38,981 nucleotides of DNA from Catajapyx aquilonaris (lineage: Eukaryota): assembly GCA_000934665.2 (NCBI GenBank), contig JYFJ02003713.1, positions 1 to 38,981 of the forward strand, given 5' to 3'. The notes under the pieces were generated by a model. The model did not search any database and was not told the origin of the DNA. It worked only from the letters and a program-made list of their open reading frames with translations. This document shows, piece by piece, positions 9,701 through 20,697 of the stretch. Each line of letters starts with the position of its first letter. Position 1 is the first letter of the stretch. A program made the translations under genes and the position numbers.

Positions 9701-12682
9701 ACTTGAGCTATTCATTATTTGTTACATACCACTCGTTATGGCTTTTTTGCAGGCATGCCTTTTAGTCGCACCAATGATGGCAAGATCTACCAGCGGGCAT
9801 TTGGTGGTCAGTCCCTCAAGTTTGGGAAGGGTGGCCAGGCTCACAGGTGCTGCTGTGTCGCTGATCGCACAGGACACTCCCTTTTGCACACCTTGTATGG
9901 ACAGTCTCTGCGGTATGACTGTAATTACTTCATTGAGTATTTTGCCCTGGACTTACTGATGGAGGGCGGAGAATGTCGAGGAGTCATTGCCCTCTGCCTT
10001 GAGGATGGAAGTATCCACCGATTCCGTGCAAAGAACACTGTCATGGCCACTGGTGGATATGGAAGGGCTTATTTCTCCTGCACATCTGCTCATACATGCA
10101 CTGGTGATGGAAATGCCATGGTGGCTAGAGCTAACCTGCCTGTACAGGACCTCGAGTTTGTGCAGTTTCATCCAACAGGTATAGTGTTTCGTTAACATCA
10201 GTTGCATTTTTAGTGTTGCAATTTATGTTATGTTTCTTACATTTTACTATTATTGAAGCATTTTACATTACAAAAGCTGCAAGCCACATAGGTTTGGACT
10301 TTAGTGTCAATGTTATGCTTCCCTGCAAGTGTTTGAAAACATTTTAATCTTTAGGCCCATGCTTTCTTGCAGAGGATTGTTAGCATTTAACCCATTTGTT
10401 CCTAGCGTCTTATGTACAGGGTGTAGGCTGTAATTTGGGACAGACTTCTTGGGGTAATCGAGGGAACCAAGACAAATATTTTTCACATAGGAACCTGTGT
10501 CCAGAAACCGAAACGCCAACTAGAGGGGGTCAATAGACGAGGAACGGGTGTGTTCAGACCCGTCCAGCGGGAGGCTTAAGGCGAGTGGACTGTTTAATAA
10601 CTTTAGTTGCTAGGTGGCGGGTAGATTATTACCCCTAGAAGCCTGTCCCAAATGCTGAACCACTTCAGGAAAGCTTATTCTAGTGGTAGAATGCAGATAC
10701 ATCACATTTCAGTTCTTGCATCTAATTTGGCTTTTTAAATCATGGCTTAAAATTAATTAAAATATCATCAGTAGAAAAACATTCAGAACAAATGGGTTAA
10801 TAGCTTCTAGTAATAAATGATATATTTACTTCTCTCAACTTTGAAGGCATCTACGGTGCTGGCTGCCTAATAACAGAAGGTTGTCGAGGTGAGGGTGGCT
10901 TCCTTGTGAATGGCGAAGGGGAGAGATTCATGGAACGCTATGCACCTGTTGCTAAGGACCTGGCCTCTCGTGATGTTGTCTCTCGTGCCATGACCATTGA
11001 GATCCGGGAGGGGCGTGGTGTTGGACCCGAAAAGGATCATGTCTACCTCCAGCTGCATCACCTTCCTGCCGAACAACTGGCACTTCGCCTTCCAGGGATC
11101 TCCGAGACAGCCATGATCTTTGCAGGAGTGGATGTGACCCGTGAGCCCATTCCTGTGCTGCCCACTGTCCACTACAACATGGGAGGTGTCCCTACCAATC
11201 ACAAGGGACAGGCCCTCACACGCACTGGGGGACAGGATAAGGTGGTCCCAGGTTTATATGCATGTGGGGAGGCAGCCAGTGCTTCAGTGCATGGAGCCAA
11301 TCGCCTTGGGGCCAACTCCCTGCTGGATCTGGTGGTGTTTGGTAGGGCTTGTGCTATTACCATTTCCCAGGAGAACAAGCCTGGAGAGAAAGTAGGGGAC
11401 ATCAAGCCGGTATGTTGAAAAGCAAGCTCAGAATTACTCGTTTTAATGTTGAAATAATACATTTAAAAAAAGTTCCCTTTAAAGATTAGCGTACAAATGT
11501 TTTGCTGTAAGCTCTGCTGATTTATGATGTGGTGTACTTCCTTTACAGAATGCAGGCGAAGCAACGGTGGCAAACCTTGACAAGCTTCGCCATGCTAATG
11601 GGTCCATCTCTACAGCAGACTTGCGTCTGACCATGCAGAAGACTATGCAGACACATGCAGCTGTGTTTCGTACAGGAGATGTCTTGAAGGAAGGTTGTGA
11701 GAAGATGGACAAGGTGTACAAGCAGATGGACGACTTGAAGGTGTCTGATCGCAGCATGGTGTGGAATTCTGATCTGGTGGAGACCCTGGAACTTCAGAAC
11801 CTCATGATCAATGCTATGCAAACCATCTATGGAGCAGAGGCCAGAAAGGAGTCTCGAGGTGCACATGCCAGGGAGGACTTTAAGGTATGTGGGATGTGGC
11901 TGGATGGATGAGAATAAAATGTTGTGCAAATTGATCCCAGGTGTGTCACCAAACATCTGTCATTGGTCAGAGAGCATGGTGAAAAATGAAGTAAAATGTT
12001 ATTAGAGTTATCCATTCACAGTTACTTTTCACTTTTGTGCTGGATGTAACATACAGTACAGACCTTAATTTAAGTAGTTGTTAATAAATAGGAGTACAGG
12101 AACACCCACATCAATATGTACAGCATTTAGTGTGGAAAATAACCACCTCTAATGTTATTGAATGCATCAAGCAATACTAATATATGCCACAATTTCAATC
12201 CCTTGAAGTTGATATTCTTAATATTTCTTAATAATGGATACCCTGTTTCGTCAATCGACTTTAATCATTGCTTGCGCTGTGATGGATTTTGATTGCGTAA
12301 GGAAACGGGAGAACCCCGAGAAAACCCACGCGAACACGGAGAGAATCCATCGAAACTCCATCCATATAAGTATCCTCTGTCCGACCGGGGATCGAACTCG
12401 GGACCTTAATGGTGGAAGGCTGCGGTGCTAACCACTCGGCCACCGTGTCGCCCTTTTCAAGTTGATATTGCTCTTCTGCAGGATCGCATGGATGAATATG
12501 ACTACTCCAAGCCTGTTGAAGGGCAGCAATCAGTGCCATATGAGAAGCACTGGAGGAAGCACACTGTGGCCTGGATTGACCCGAAAACTGGGAAGGTGAC
12601 CCTGGAATATCGCCCTGTCATTGACAAAACATTGGACGAGAATGAGTGCAAGATGGTTCCACCTGCAGTCAGGTCATACTAA
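6741..12682 (+). CDS. SDHA: Succinate dehydrogenase flavoprotein subunit, mitochondrial (666 aa)
   Basis: Exons 6741-6800, 7015-7110 (GC donor), 9059-9276, 9583-9683, 9753-10178, 10847-11409, 11549-11884, 12482-12682; total 2001 nt, in frame. Basic transit peptide [15 protein letters not shown]; motifs [20 protein letters not shown] (FAD-linked His), [18 protein letters not shown]-terminus PPAVRSY. Confidence 0.97.
8077..8455. mobile_element. Foldback MITE flanked by TA, in SDHA intron 2
   Basis: gagagccttgaagaagagagtcg... pairs with ...cgactctcttcttcaaggctctc. Arms stay complementary for ~150 bp (ggaaacggtggctggctc / gagccagccaccgtttcc). TA on both sides. Confidence 0.85.
8565..9003 (+). 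mobile_element. Helentron-associated (HINE/DINE-1-like) element, copy 1
   Basis: 5' subterminal agacttttctca with a nearby partial inverted copy, a (TCTG)-type tract, 3' tgagaaaaagtct, end gatttgccaatcttgt in a T-run. Both ends match the copy at 14082-14755. Confidence 0.7.
10391..10796. mobile_element. Non-autonomous piggyBac-like element in SDHA intron 5, with a nested mariner-like fragment
   Basis: TTAA|cccatttgttc ... gaacaaatggg|TTAA. Internal tacagggtgt start and inverted pair tttgggacagacttcttggggtaat / attacccctagaagcctgtcccaaa. Confidence 0.8.
12255..12453 (-). mobile_element. tRNA-derived SINE, antisense in SDHA intron 7
   Basis: Minus strand: A box TGGCCGAGTGG, B box GTTCGATCC, then gcgtgggttttctcggggttctcccgtttcct, resembling the V-SINE-type conserved core. 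No tRNA acceptor stem closes. Confidence 0.75.
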
Positions 12683-12879
12683 GCTTTCCGGTGGAGGCAG
12701 ACTTTGGAGAAGAAAGGAGGCAGCAGAGCGATTCTAAGATGAGTCGTAGTCGTTCAGTTTTGTTTGTAGTTCCAGATAACCTGTACTTAACAAGGTGACA
12801 GGTTACACAATGCACCCCCCAAAGATGCCACAAAATTAATGTGATTTCCGGTTTGTACTGTAACACTAGTGGAAGGTGC

Positions 12880-12885
12880 AATAAA
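12880..12885 (+). terminator. Probable SDHA polyadenylation signal
   Basis: AATAAA ~200 nt after the stop, followed by GT/T-rich sequence. Confidence 0.6.
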
Positions 12886-13317
12886 AACCAGGACTCGTTG
12901 CAGGCAACATATTTAGTTGTTTTATTTTTTGTGTTGAACTAATCCAGTAAAAATTAACGGTTGGCAAAATCCAGTAGAATGAGCGGGACATGGTAGATTT
13001 CACCTCTTGTAATTCTGCAATGATAGGTCTGTAAGCTATAATTTGAACAGGGTACCACATCAACGTATGGTGAGACCCATGTATAGTGTATTAGTGGTTC
13101 CCATTTTTTTGACTGCAACTTTCACAACCGTCTTTCCTCACTCTTGAAACGCACATATCTGTAGCATATTTCTATGGAACAAAAATTCACATTGAACACG
13201 GAAGATTACACTATAAGACAGATGTGTATCACTTTGTTCCCTTCACTTTCTTACAGCCTTTTGGAACACCTACCGTATGAAAGAAATGGTCTTGGAAACA
13301 TTGATTAGAAAACAGAG

Positions 13318-13425
13318 GGGTGGAATTTTCGTCCCACTCCTAGTTACTGCTAACTTAGCAGTACCATTGCCAACACAGGTACTGATAAGTTTGCAGTAAC
13401 TAACAGTGGGACGAAAATTCGACCC
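13318..13425. mobile_element. Small palindromic MITE
   Basis: gggtggaattttcgtcccact..tagttactgc pairs with gcagtaacta..agtgggacgaaaattcgaccc. Confidence 0.75.
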
Positions 13426-13541
13426 ATGGTCTCTGCAATTCTTTGAAATGTACCCAAGGTCACCCCAAGTGATTATGAGGATGTAGCTTTCCATTTAGGA
13501 TGTATATTGAGAAACCTCACATAATAATAACATTGATATCA

Positions 13542-13935
13542 GGGGGGCATAATGGTTTCATGGCTGTGCTAGTGGCCAGCCAAGCGGGAGGTCCCAGGTT
13601 CAAATCCCATCCCCTTCGTTTGGTAGGGTTCTTTTCCTCTTATCACCCGACCTGTCTTGGCAGACTTGCACTCCCTTCTCTGCCCAGGACCAAGAGAAAA
13701 GGTCTGGTATTTATGAGGGTCGAAAATGACTAGAAACTATTTCAGAGCACCCTCCCTTTGGAACCTCCTCCCTCTCCCTAAAGGGCCCCAGCCATATCAC
13801 TGGGTATGACTACTACCATTAGCTCTTGCTGCTGCTGCTGCCGCCGCTGCTGCTGCTGCTACTACTACTACTACTACTAATGATGATGATGATGATGATA
13901 AAAATAATGACGATGATAAAAATAAAAATAAAAAT
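13542..13935 (+). mobile_element. Decayed tRNA-derived SINE with a compound microsatellite tail
   Basis: B box GGTTCAAATCC ~13597-13607 after a degenerate A box. Tail (GCT)n(ACT)n(GAT)n(AAAAAT)n at ~13827-13935. Confidence 0.55.
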
Positions 13936-14081
13936 ATTGATATCAAGAACTTACTCTGCCAGTGAGGTTATTGTAGTTATAAAGTTGTCATAAGAATGCA
14001 AAAGGGCAGAGCCTACTGTGACATCCTGGTACCTGCTCACAAAATGAATTATGTTCAATATTTCAGACATTATCAACACAA

Positions 14082-14755
14082 TTTAGACTTTTTCTCATCA
14101 TCGAAAAAAAGTCTCATAGAATGGCTCTGTTTCTGTTTGTCTGTCTGTCTAAGTAGGTTTCATGGTTAACTTCCGGTGACCCACCACTTCCGGTATTCTA
14201 GGTGCACTCTATCCGCACAAGTCTACTTTCCAGGTGGGTTATCGTTGGATTTCGAAAGAAGTTTCCCTGGAGCCGGAGTTACACACACACACACACACAG
14301 CCTTGTCTTCACTAAGGCGTGGGGACGTGAAAATTCAACTTTTCGAAGCGAGTGTAAACTAACCTAACCTAACCTAACCTACCCTAACCTACACTTACTA
14401 ACTAACCTAGGCTGAGAAAAATTGACTTTTGTGAAACCCTACAACATTCAATTTTTTAAATATTGTGTTCTCTCCTTCATTTAATGTTATTTAATTTTTA
14501 AAATATTATATTGTAAGTTATGGCAGCCCTTCGGCAATTACCTTTTCTGCCTGTAGTGGTAAAGCAAGCTCTAAAAATTTTGATTTTCTTTGTGATCGTA
14601 CCTTCATTTCCTATTATTGTATTATTTTGAGAAATATTATTTATTGCAACTTGCGGCCGCCCCTAGGCCAGTGCCTACTGTGCCTAATGGGAAATCCAGC
14701 ACTGAGAAAATGTCTACTATAATCAAGCTCGCGTGATTTGCCAATCTTGTTTTTT
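14082..14755 (+). mobile_element. Helentron-associated (HINE/DINE-1-like) element, copy 2, with a different interior
   Basis: Shares the first ~190 bp (with indels) and last ~50 bp with 8565-9003. Interior ~14272-14704 has (CA)n, (CCTAA)n and a hAT-like end ...aatccagcactg. Confidence 0.7.
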
Positions 14756-15287
14756 AATGAAAGCCTCAGTGCTTGTGTAATCATTGCATAATAATTATAA
14801 TCATCACCACACTGTTCTCCCTGTGAGTGGGGTGGTGTCAGGGATTGGACATTTCTATAAAATTGTATTAGATTAACTCAAGATTTACACGAAGGATTCA
14901 GCTGATTCATGATCTAAACGTACTTCAAGATTAATCCAAGAATCATCTGACTGCCTGATCCCTTGAATAGTGGTGGTGAAGTAGGGGACACAAGTTAATC
15001 AGCTCAGAGAGTGTATCCTAAATACAATCATTTCATGCATGCTAACAGGTAAACATCAATGCAATTATGACAAGTAAGTTCTCTGCCATTTTATATTGTT
15101 TTTCGATTGACTCAGCATTTATGGGTACGGTACCAAAGTTAGGGGATGTTGAGAGTCAGCCTATCTCAATTCTAATTAGCTGCTGAAGCAAATGCCTAAT
15201 CAGTTCCTGGATGAAAAGGAAGAGTTTAATCTCATGCTCAGTCAACATCCTGCAGAAAGTATTACACTACATTACAACGCAACGGGG

Positions 15288-16573
15288 ATGATGGCAACAT
15301 TACACCTCATTGTTTTAATTGCAGTTGCAATTCCCGTTTATGGAGAAGTAACAAGGGTAAGTCACAAACAATATTTCTGTTTGAAGGTGTATATAGGCAT
15401 ATCTTAAAAACATGTAGCCACATCACTGTCAAGGAGAACCTCCAACTGACATTGTATACAAACTGGAACGATGCCAAACTCTGGCAGAGAACAACAAGAC
15501 GGAGGTATGGCTTGGTGTTATTATTAACATACACGATATTGATTTGGAGTACCGTAATAATTTTTTTGTTCCAGTGCCCTACTGAATGTGTACTGGAAGG
15601 ACTTGTAAGTTTAATTTTAACTTCACAATACTCACAGAGGTGCATGCCATGGACATCAGTACAGTATTATCAGTTACCTTTTTAGTTGACTGATGACATG
15701 AGCTGGATAGATGGCCCTAAGTTTGCAAGTGTGTTAGTCCCTGATGCACAGCATAAAAAAACATACGAATTTCTGCTGTTGACATTGGAGACCTGCCAAA
15801 ATGAAGGCATGTATGAGTATCTAATGAAAATAAGTGTCATGATTCCTAATGGTAATGATCATTGATTTACAATCAGTGAACAACACCATTGGTGAGAGAA
15901 GCACATGTGACCAGCTAGAGGATGTCTTCAGCTGCACAATTGGAAGGGTGGCCGTGGTTAGTGTTGATTTCTGATAGTAGTGGGGAGTCATAGGTAGAAA
16001 AATACAGTAGACTCTGGATATAACATACGGTACTTCAAGGGACTGCGGAAATAAGTCTGCTACAACCGAGAGTTTGTTATAGCCAAAGCCAAGGCTATTA
16101 CATGTATATCCGATGTTAACTGTACTTATTTGAAGACCTGAAATGCAGACAGATCCAAATCACATTTTGGTTAAAATTGAGTTAGGCATAGTGAAATACT
16201 TGTATATCTTCAAAGGGTGCTTTCTGATGTGATCTGGCAATGATTAAGGAAATTTAATACCAACCTGTAGATAATAATTTATTCAAAAAATAACTAAATC
16301 CCATAAGAAATAATGCAATATTCCAATTTCAAATCTCCATAATAAACGAGATCAATATCAGTGAAATATATCAGTGGACTTGAATCAATCTGGGTTTCAG
16401 GTCTTCATTTGAATTTTTACTTAGCTTGTTTTGTGTATGCACATTGGTTTTCCAAAATGACTTTTCCTTTATGCCATTTAAATCACAACCCCACATTTCA
16501 ATTACAGGAATGTTTGACTAATGAGGAGTTACTTGAATTTGAAAGTGTTGCTGCTGGTGACCTGGATGAATAA
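15288..16573 (+). CDS. Secreted 8-Cys odorant-binding-protein-like protein (150 aa, Plus-C-like)
   Basis: Exons 15288-15356, 15418-15504, 15575-15604, 15686-15806, 15877-15956, 16508-16573; total 453 nt, in frame. Exon 1 encodes a signal peptide (MMATLHLIVLIAVAIPVYG). Cys spacing C-X14-C-X10-C-X3-C-X41-C-X13-C-X8-C-X8-C. Confidence 0.78.
16005..16122. mobile_element. Short pogo/Tigger-like relic in OBP-like intron 5
   Basis: TA|cagtagactctggatata ... tatatccgatgttaactg|TA, degenerate TIRs. Confidence 0.55.
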
Positions 16574-17271
16574 CTCCATTACATATTTCCTGCACCATAA
16601 TCTGGGCTATAAATGAAGAGGCTAATTAAGAAGAAAAATATCCATATTTTGATTTTCATAAACAATTTTTATTAAAACCAAGGAACTTAATGTACATAAA
16701 GCGGCCATTAGGAACAATCCAATTTAATATGGTACATTGTAGCCTACTCTTTTTATAATGAAACTGAATGAAGTCAAATTACTTTCTTACTTTCTTTGTT
16801 ACACTGAAAGAATGTAGTTGACTAATGCTGTCTTTTTCCGATATTCCATGGCAGGAAAAACAAGTGACTAAAATTTATTCATGTTCCCTTTCTCAACCTC
16901 AGTGAATATAGGTACACACCTTACTCGATTATAAGCGTGGATATTAATTTTTTTGGTCATGCAAAGTAATTACTGGTTTTCTGTTAGCGGCCATTTTTCT
17001 TTGTTGTGAAGGCTTTCACTGCAATTCCATTAAAGAGAGTCCATATAATGAACCTTCAACGTAAAACAGGATTACTTAAATCACAGATAATGTATGTAGG
17101 ATGTGCGCTTATGATGGCTTGAGGCTGGAGTCCGTATCATATGACCAAGTTACAATCTTGAAAATGAAAGTCCATAGCAAAAAGCCATGTATCTGACAGT
17201 ATTTTCCCATAATAAAGAGTTATGCTTGAAAATATGTTCTTGACATTGACTCTTTCCAAGCCTTGTATACA

Positions 17272-17393
17272 TTCAGTACCTTGCTAAACTCAGTGCTGTC
17301 AGCACTGGTGGTTACTCATTGTTAAATTAACAATAAGTCACCAATAGGAGAGCTCAGCAGTGCTGACAGCGCTGAATTTAGCAACGTACTCAA
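17272..17393. mobile_element. Small palindromic MITE
   Basis: agtaccttgctaaactcagtgctgtcagcactg pairs with cagtgctgacagcgctgaatttagcaacgtact. Confidence 0.7.
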
Positions 17394-17580
17394 TTGCAAC
17401 ACACGTCATCTCAGATCACAAACTGTTGTATCTTACTTCTGACCTTCCAAGTGTAACAGATGATAACTAACATGAGAGAAGCAAGCTGTCCAGCTCACCA
17501 TCTATAGGCAGCCCTTACTCCAACCTTATGTCATCATTTTGTTTACAGACTCCTGGTCAATGGAAATCTGCCAAGAGCAC

Positions 17581-18584
17581 CAGTGTTCGAAATGTGTGAG
17601 ATGCATGAGCAGGTCGCCAATGGCATCTGAAACATAGGTTAAGGTGCACCAAAACTGGATGTCTAGTAGCCATTATTTTGGAAAGTTTCTGCAACAGGCA
17701 CAGAATTTCATAGAGAACAGTGTGTGGTGATGCAAGTGAATATCAAAGTAGAATATTGGAAGAAGGTGCTGGGAAGCGTTTTTTCGGGGTATTCCAAAGA
17801 GAACATTTCCAACTGCAAAATGAAACTGCCCCTGTTATTTTTAAGATGTGGTGTAGCCTACGGCAGATAAAACCGTAGGGTAATGCATACTATTCCACAA
17901 AAATGCTACTGTATGGACTGATTTTTCACCATATTGAGGTAAGGTGATTATTTTTGATCTCCCCATTTTTCTCACTTTCTCACCAGCAAAAGATGTCAGT
18001 AATGTCCTTGATCTGAACATAGCAGAAACCTACCCAGTACGGAATTTTTTTGGGGTCCCTTGTGAAGGAATGAGGTCTTTGAGGTGTGGGATATATTTCA
18101 GTGACAGGTGTTTATAAGGCTAAGTTTGTTTGCCCATGGCAACGGGTTTTTGTTGGTGATAATCATGGACACAGGCCGTGCGAAGAACGGGCTCCGCTGA
18201 TAGTCCTATAATAAAAGTCAATCTGATAATTTCAATTGCCACTGCCGACTTATCAGTTGAGCCATCAGCTAAAATTACAGAGCAGTGCTTGACTCAATTT
18301 GTACCTGATTTCCAGACGTGGGCTTTCTGCAATGTAATGCACAAACTGTTTTGCCAATTTATGATTAATGTACAATATGTCTCAAGAGCATCAGCAGGAA
18401 ATAAATTGAAAATGCTGTGTGGCAGCAATCCTATAGGCCTAATAATAATTGACAGAAATCGAGAAATGCGACATTGGGAGGGAAAGATAGTCACCAAAGT
18501 GGTGACTAGACATCTAGATTTGGTCGCCAATGGATAAATTCAAGTCGTAAAATGCGACTGGCGACTGGCTAATTTCGAACCCTG
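17581..18584. mobile_element. Probable ~1-kb non-autonomous DNA transposon (hAT-like termini)
   Basis: TIRs cagtgttcgaaat / atttcgaaccctg with ggtcgccaatgg repeated near both ends. No recognisable 8-bp TSD. Confidence 0.5.
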
Positions 18585-18658
18585 GTCATACAGTGAGGGG
18601 TGTTGAACTTTTATTCAACAATGATTAATACTGTGGGTCTTGAGCAGAAATCCATTCT

Positions 18659-20092
18659 TCAGAGGTCATCTCGCACCTTCCATCCATATTGAGGCTGGCA
18701 AATGCAAGCACTCCTCTGGGCATCCATATAGGACTTGCATCCCAATGCCAGTGTTCCAGTGTACAGTAACTTTGCTGCTGCTTTACAAGCTGTAAACAAA
18801 TGTCAAATGTCAATTGCTTTAAAATGTAATTTATCTATGCACTGTTATTCTCTAATATTGTTTCTAACAGTCTCGAATTTTTCCTTGTTGGTCTTCTCTA
18901 TAAAAATGCACATCTAAATATCATCTCCCACCATATTATAAAATCATCTTTCATACCTCCCACCTCTGCTGGTAGCAACTCACAGTCAGTGAAAAGGCAT
19001 AATGCACTGACTGCAACGAATATTTAGTGCAGTTTGTGATATGGTATAAATGAGTATTGGTAGCCTACTTTTTTGCATGGTAGAAGGAAACTTTTTTGTG
19101 TGCTTTTCACACATCTTGTAAAGGCATTTCTTGAAGTTCAAATCACATTGGTCCTTATCAGTGGCGCAGGTGTCATAGCAAAGGTCATGGTCATCACAAC
19201 AGTCAGTCAGCTGGGCCACTGGCAAATTTTCGGATGTTAGCTGGAATGTGAGAACATCACAACTTTAGGCCATTATATTTTGCATCTTGGTGCACACCCA
19301 TTTGAGTTCACATGTGAATAAGGCTGCATCTTTGGCACGTGCAACAGCCTACCTGCAATCCCAGAGACCCACACCCATTGCTGGTAGGTGTGTGATGTGG
19401 ATTTGATCGCAATTCCTGACCTGAAACATTGAACAATAGTAATTGGAATTATTTTGAAACCAATAATTCTACTGACTGTTAATTAATTGCACCACTGAAA
19501 AGTATAACCCTCTCTTTTGTTTGCAGGTTAGAAAAGTGCACCCATTAACCCATTCACGCATGCCGTTGACGGTTTTGGTCTTTGGTCGCGTTGACGACGC
19601 GGACCAATCAACTCATGTAAACAAGCGCAACCAAGAGCTAATGCGCAACACATTGTTTACAGCTTGTTTACATAAGTCATGATTGGTCCGCGCCGTCAAC
19701 ACGACCAAAGACCAAAACCGTTGACGGCCTGTGTGTATGGGTCGTTAGTCACACATGTACATTATTTCCACTGATTCTGATGTGCACAGGTGGTCAGAGT
19801 GCATGTGACCAGGGAGTAATTTACCCGGTCCCACTCCTGTGACAAGACCAAACCTGCCTTTTGGGCACTGGAAGACGCAGTCCTCCTCGACTGCTTCGCT
19901 GAGGACCTGCTCGACCTTCCTGACCTCCCTGAGGACGGTGGCCAGCCCTCCGGCGACCCCGTCCACGTAGCCCTTCACCTGCTCCGCCACCCTCTTGGCA
20001 TCCCTAAGCAGATCGAATCCTCCGCAGCAACCAAACAGCAGCAACAACACCAACGAGCAGCACGAGAAAGACACAACCCGCGGAAACCTCAT
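18659..20092 (-). CDS. PLA2G12A: Group XII secretory phospholipase A2 (201 aa)
   Basis: Exons 20092-19858 (GC donor), 19420-19353, 19240-19069, 18789-18659; total 606 nt. Signal peptide, EEDCVFQCP, Ca-loop NGCGS, catalytic CCDDHDLCYDTC, LGCKSYMDAQRSACIC, C-terminal RDDL. Confidence 0.93.
19548..19742. mobile_element. Foldback MITE in PLA2 intron 1
   Basis: gacggttttggtctttggtcgcgttgacgacgcggaccaatca...tgtaaacaagc pairs with gcttgtttaca...tgattggtccgcgccgtcaacacgaccaaagaccaaaaccgt. Confidence 0.85.
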
Positions 20093-20697
20093 CTGATTCA
20101 CGTGCTATTTTGCATGTGTGGGGCAAGTTGGAAACAACCCAACAAACAGCTGTTCATGCTACACGTGTTTCAGAGTCCTTCCTCACTCTGCCTGTTCGAC
20201 ATGAATAGTTAGAAATTTAAAACTATAAAGAATGGGTTCAATATTATTATACACGTGTCGTTTACTGCAGATGCAGCGCCATTTTTGATGGCGGGAATTT
20301 GAACTCGTAGTTTAATGTTCCAGATACAGAATTGTTTTACATATAATATTTATATTTTTACAAAATGTCATCGAAACAAACATCTTTATTGCTGAGGAAA
20401 GGGAAAGAAGAGAGAGTAGTTGATATTACATTAATCTATCTGATTGCCTAGCTGACGGATCTGCATGACACGAATGCAACCTCTGCTACAAAAAATAATT
20501 GGGTTCCTCAAGCAAGAGCTTTGACTGCTGTAGGTGACGTTGGTGACTGGGACGCACTGGACTACACATTACCGCTTAGTTTGAAACATTACTCTGACTT
20601 TCTTGATGCAAGAAGCCTTCTGGCTTTACTTTCTCTTCCAGATATTCCTTTGTTGAGGATGTAACCACATTTCCAGACCCTGCACCTTACCTGTCGT

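Noticed and set aside
12380..12453. tRNA gene on the minus strand
   Set aside because: A and B boxes are present, but there is no acceptor stem and it continues into a SINE body.
20277..20303. YY1-like palindrome plus E2F/CHR-like TGGCGGGAATTTGAA, suggesting a further + strand gene
   Set aside because: No exons found downstream (20300-21900 is mostly repeat-derived). More simply part of the PLA2 promoter.
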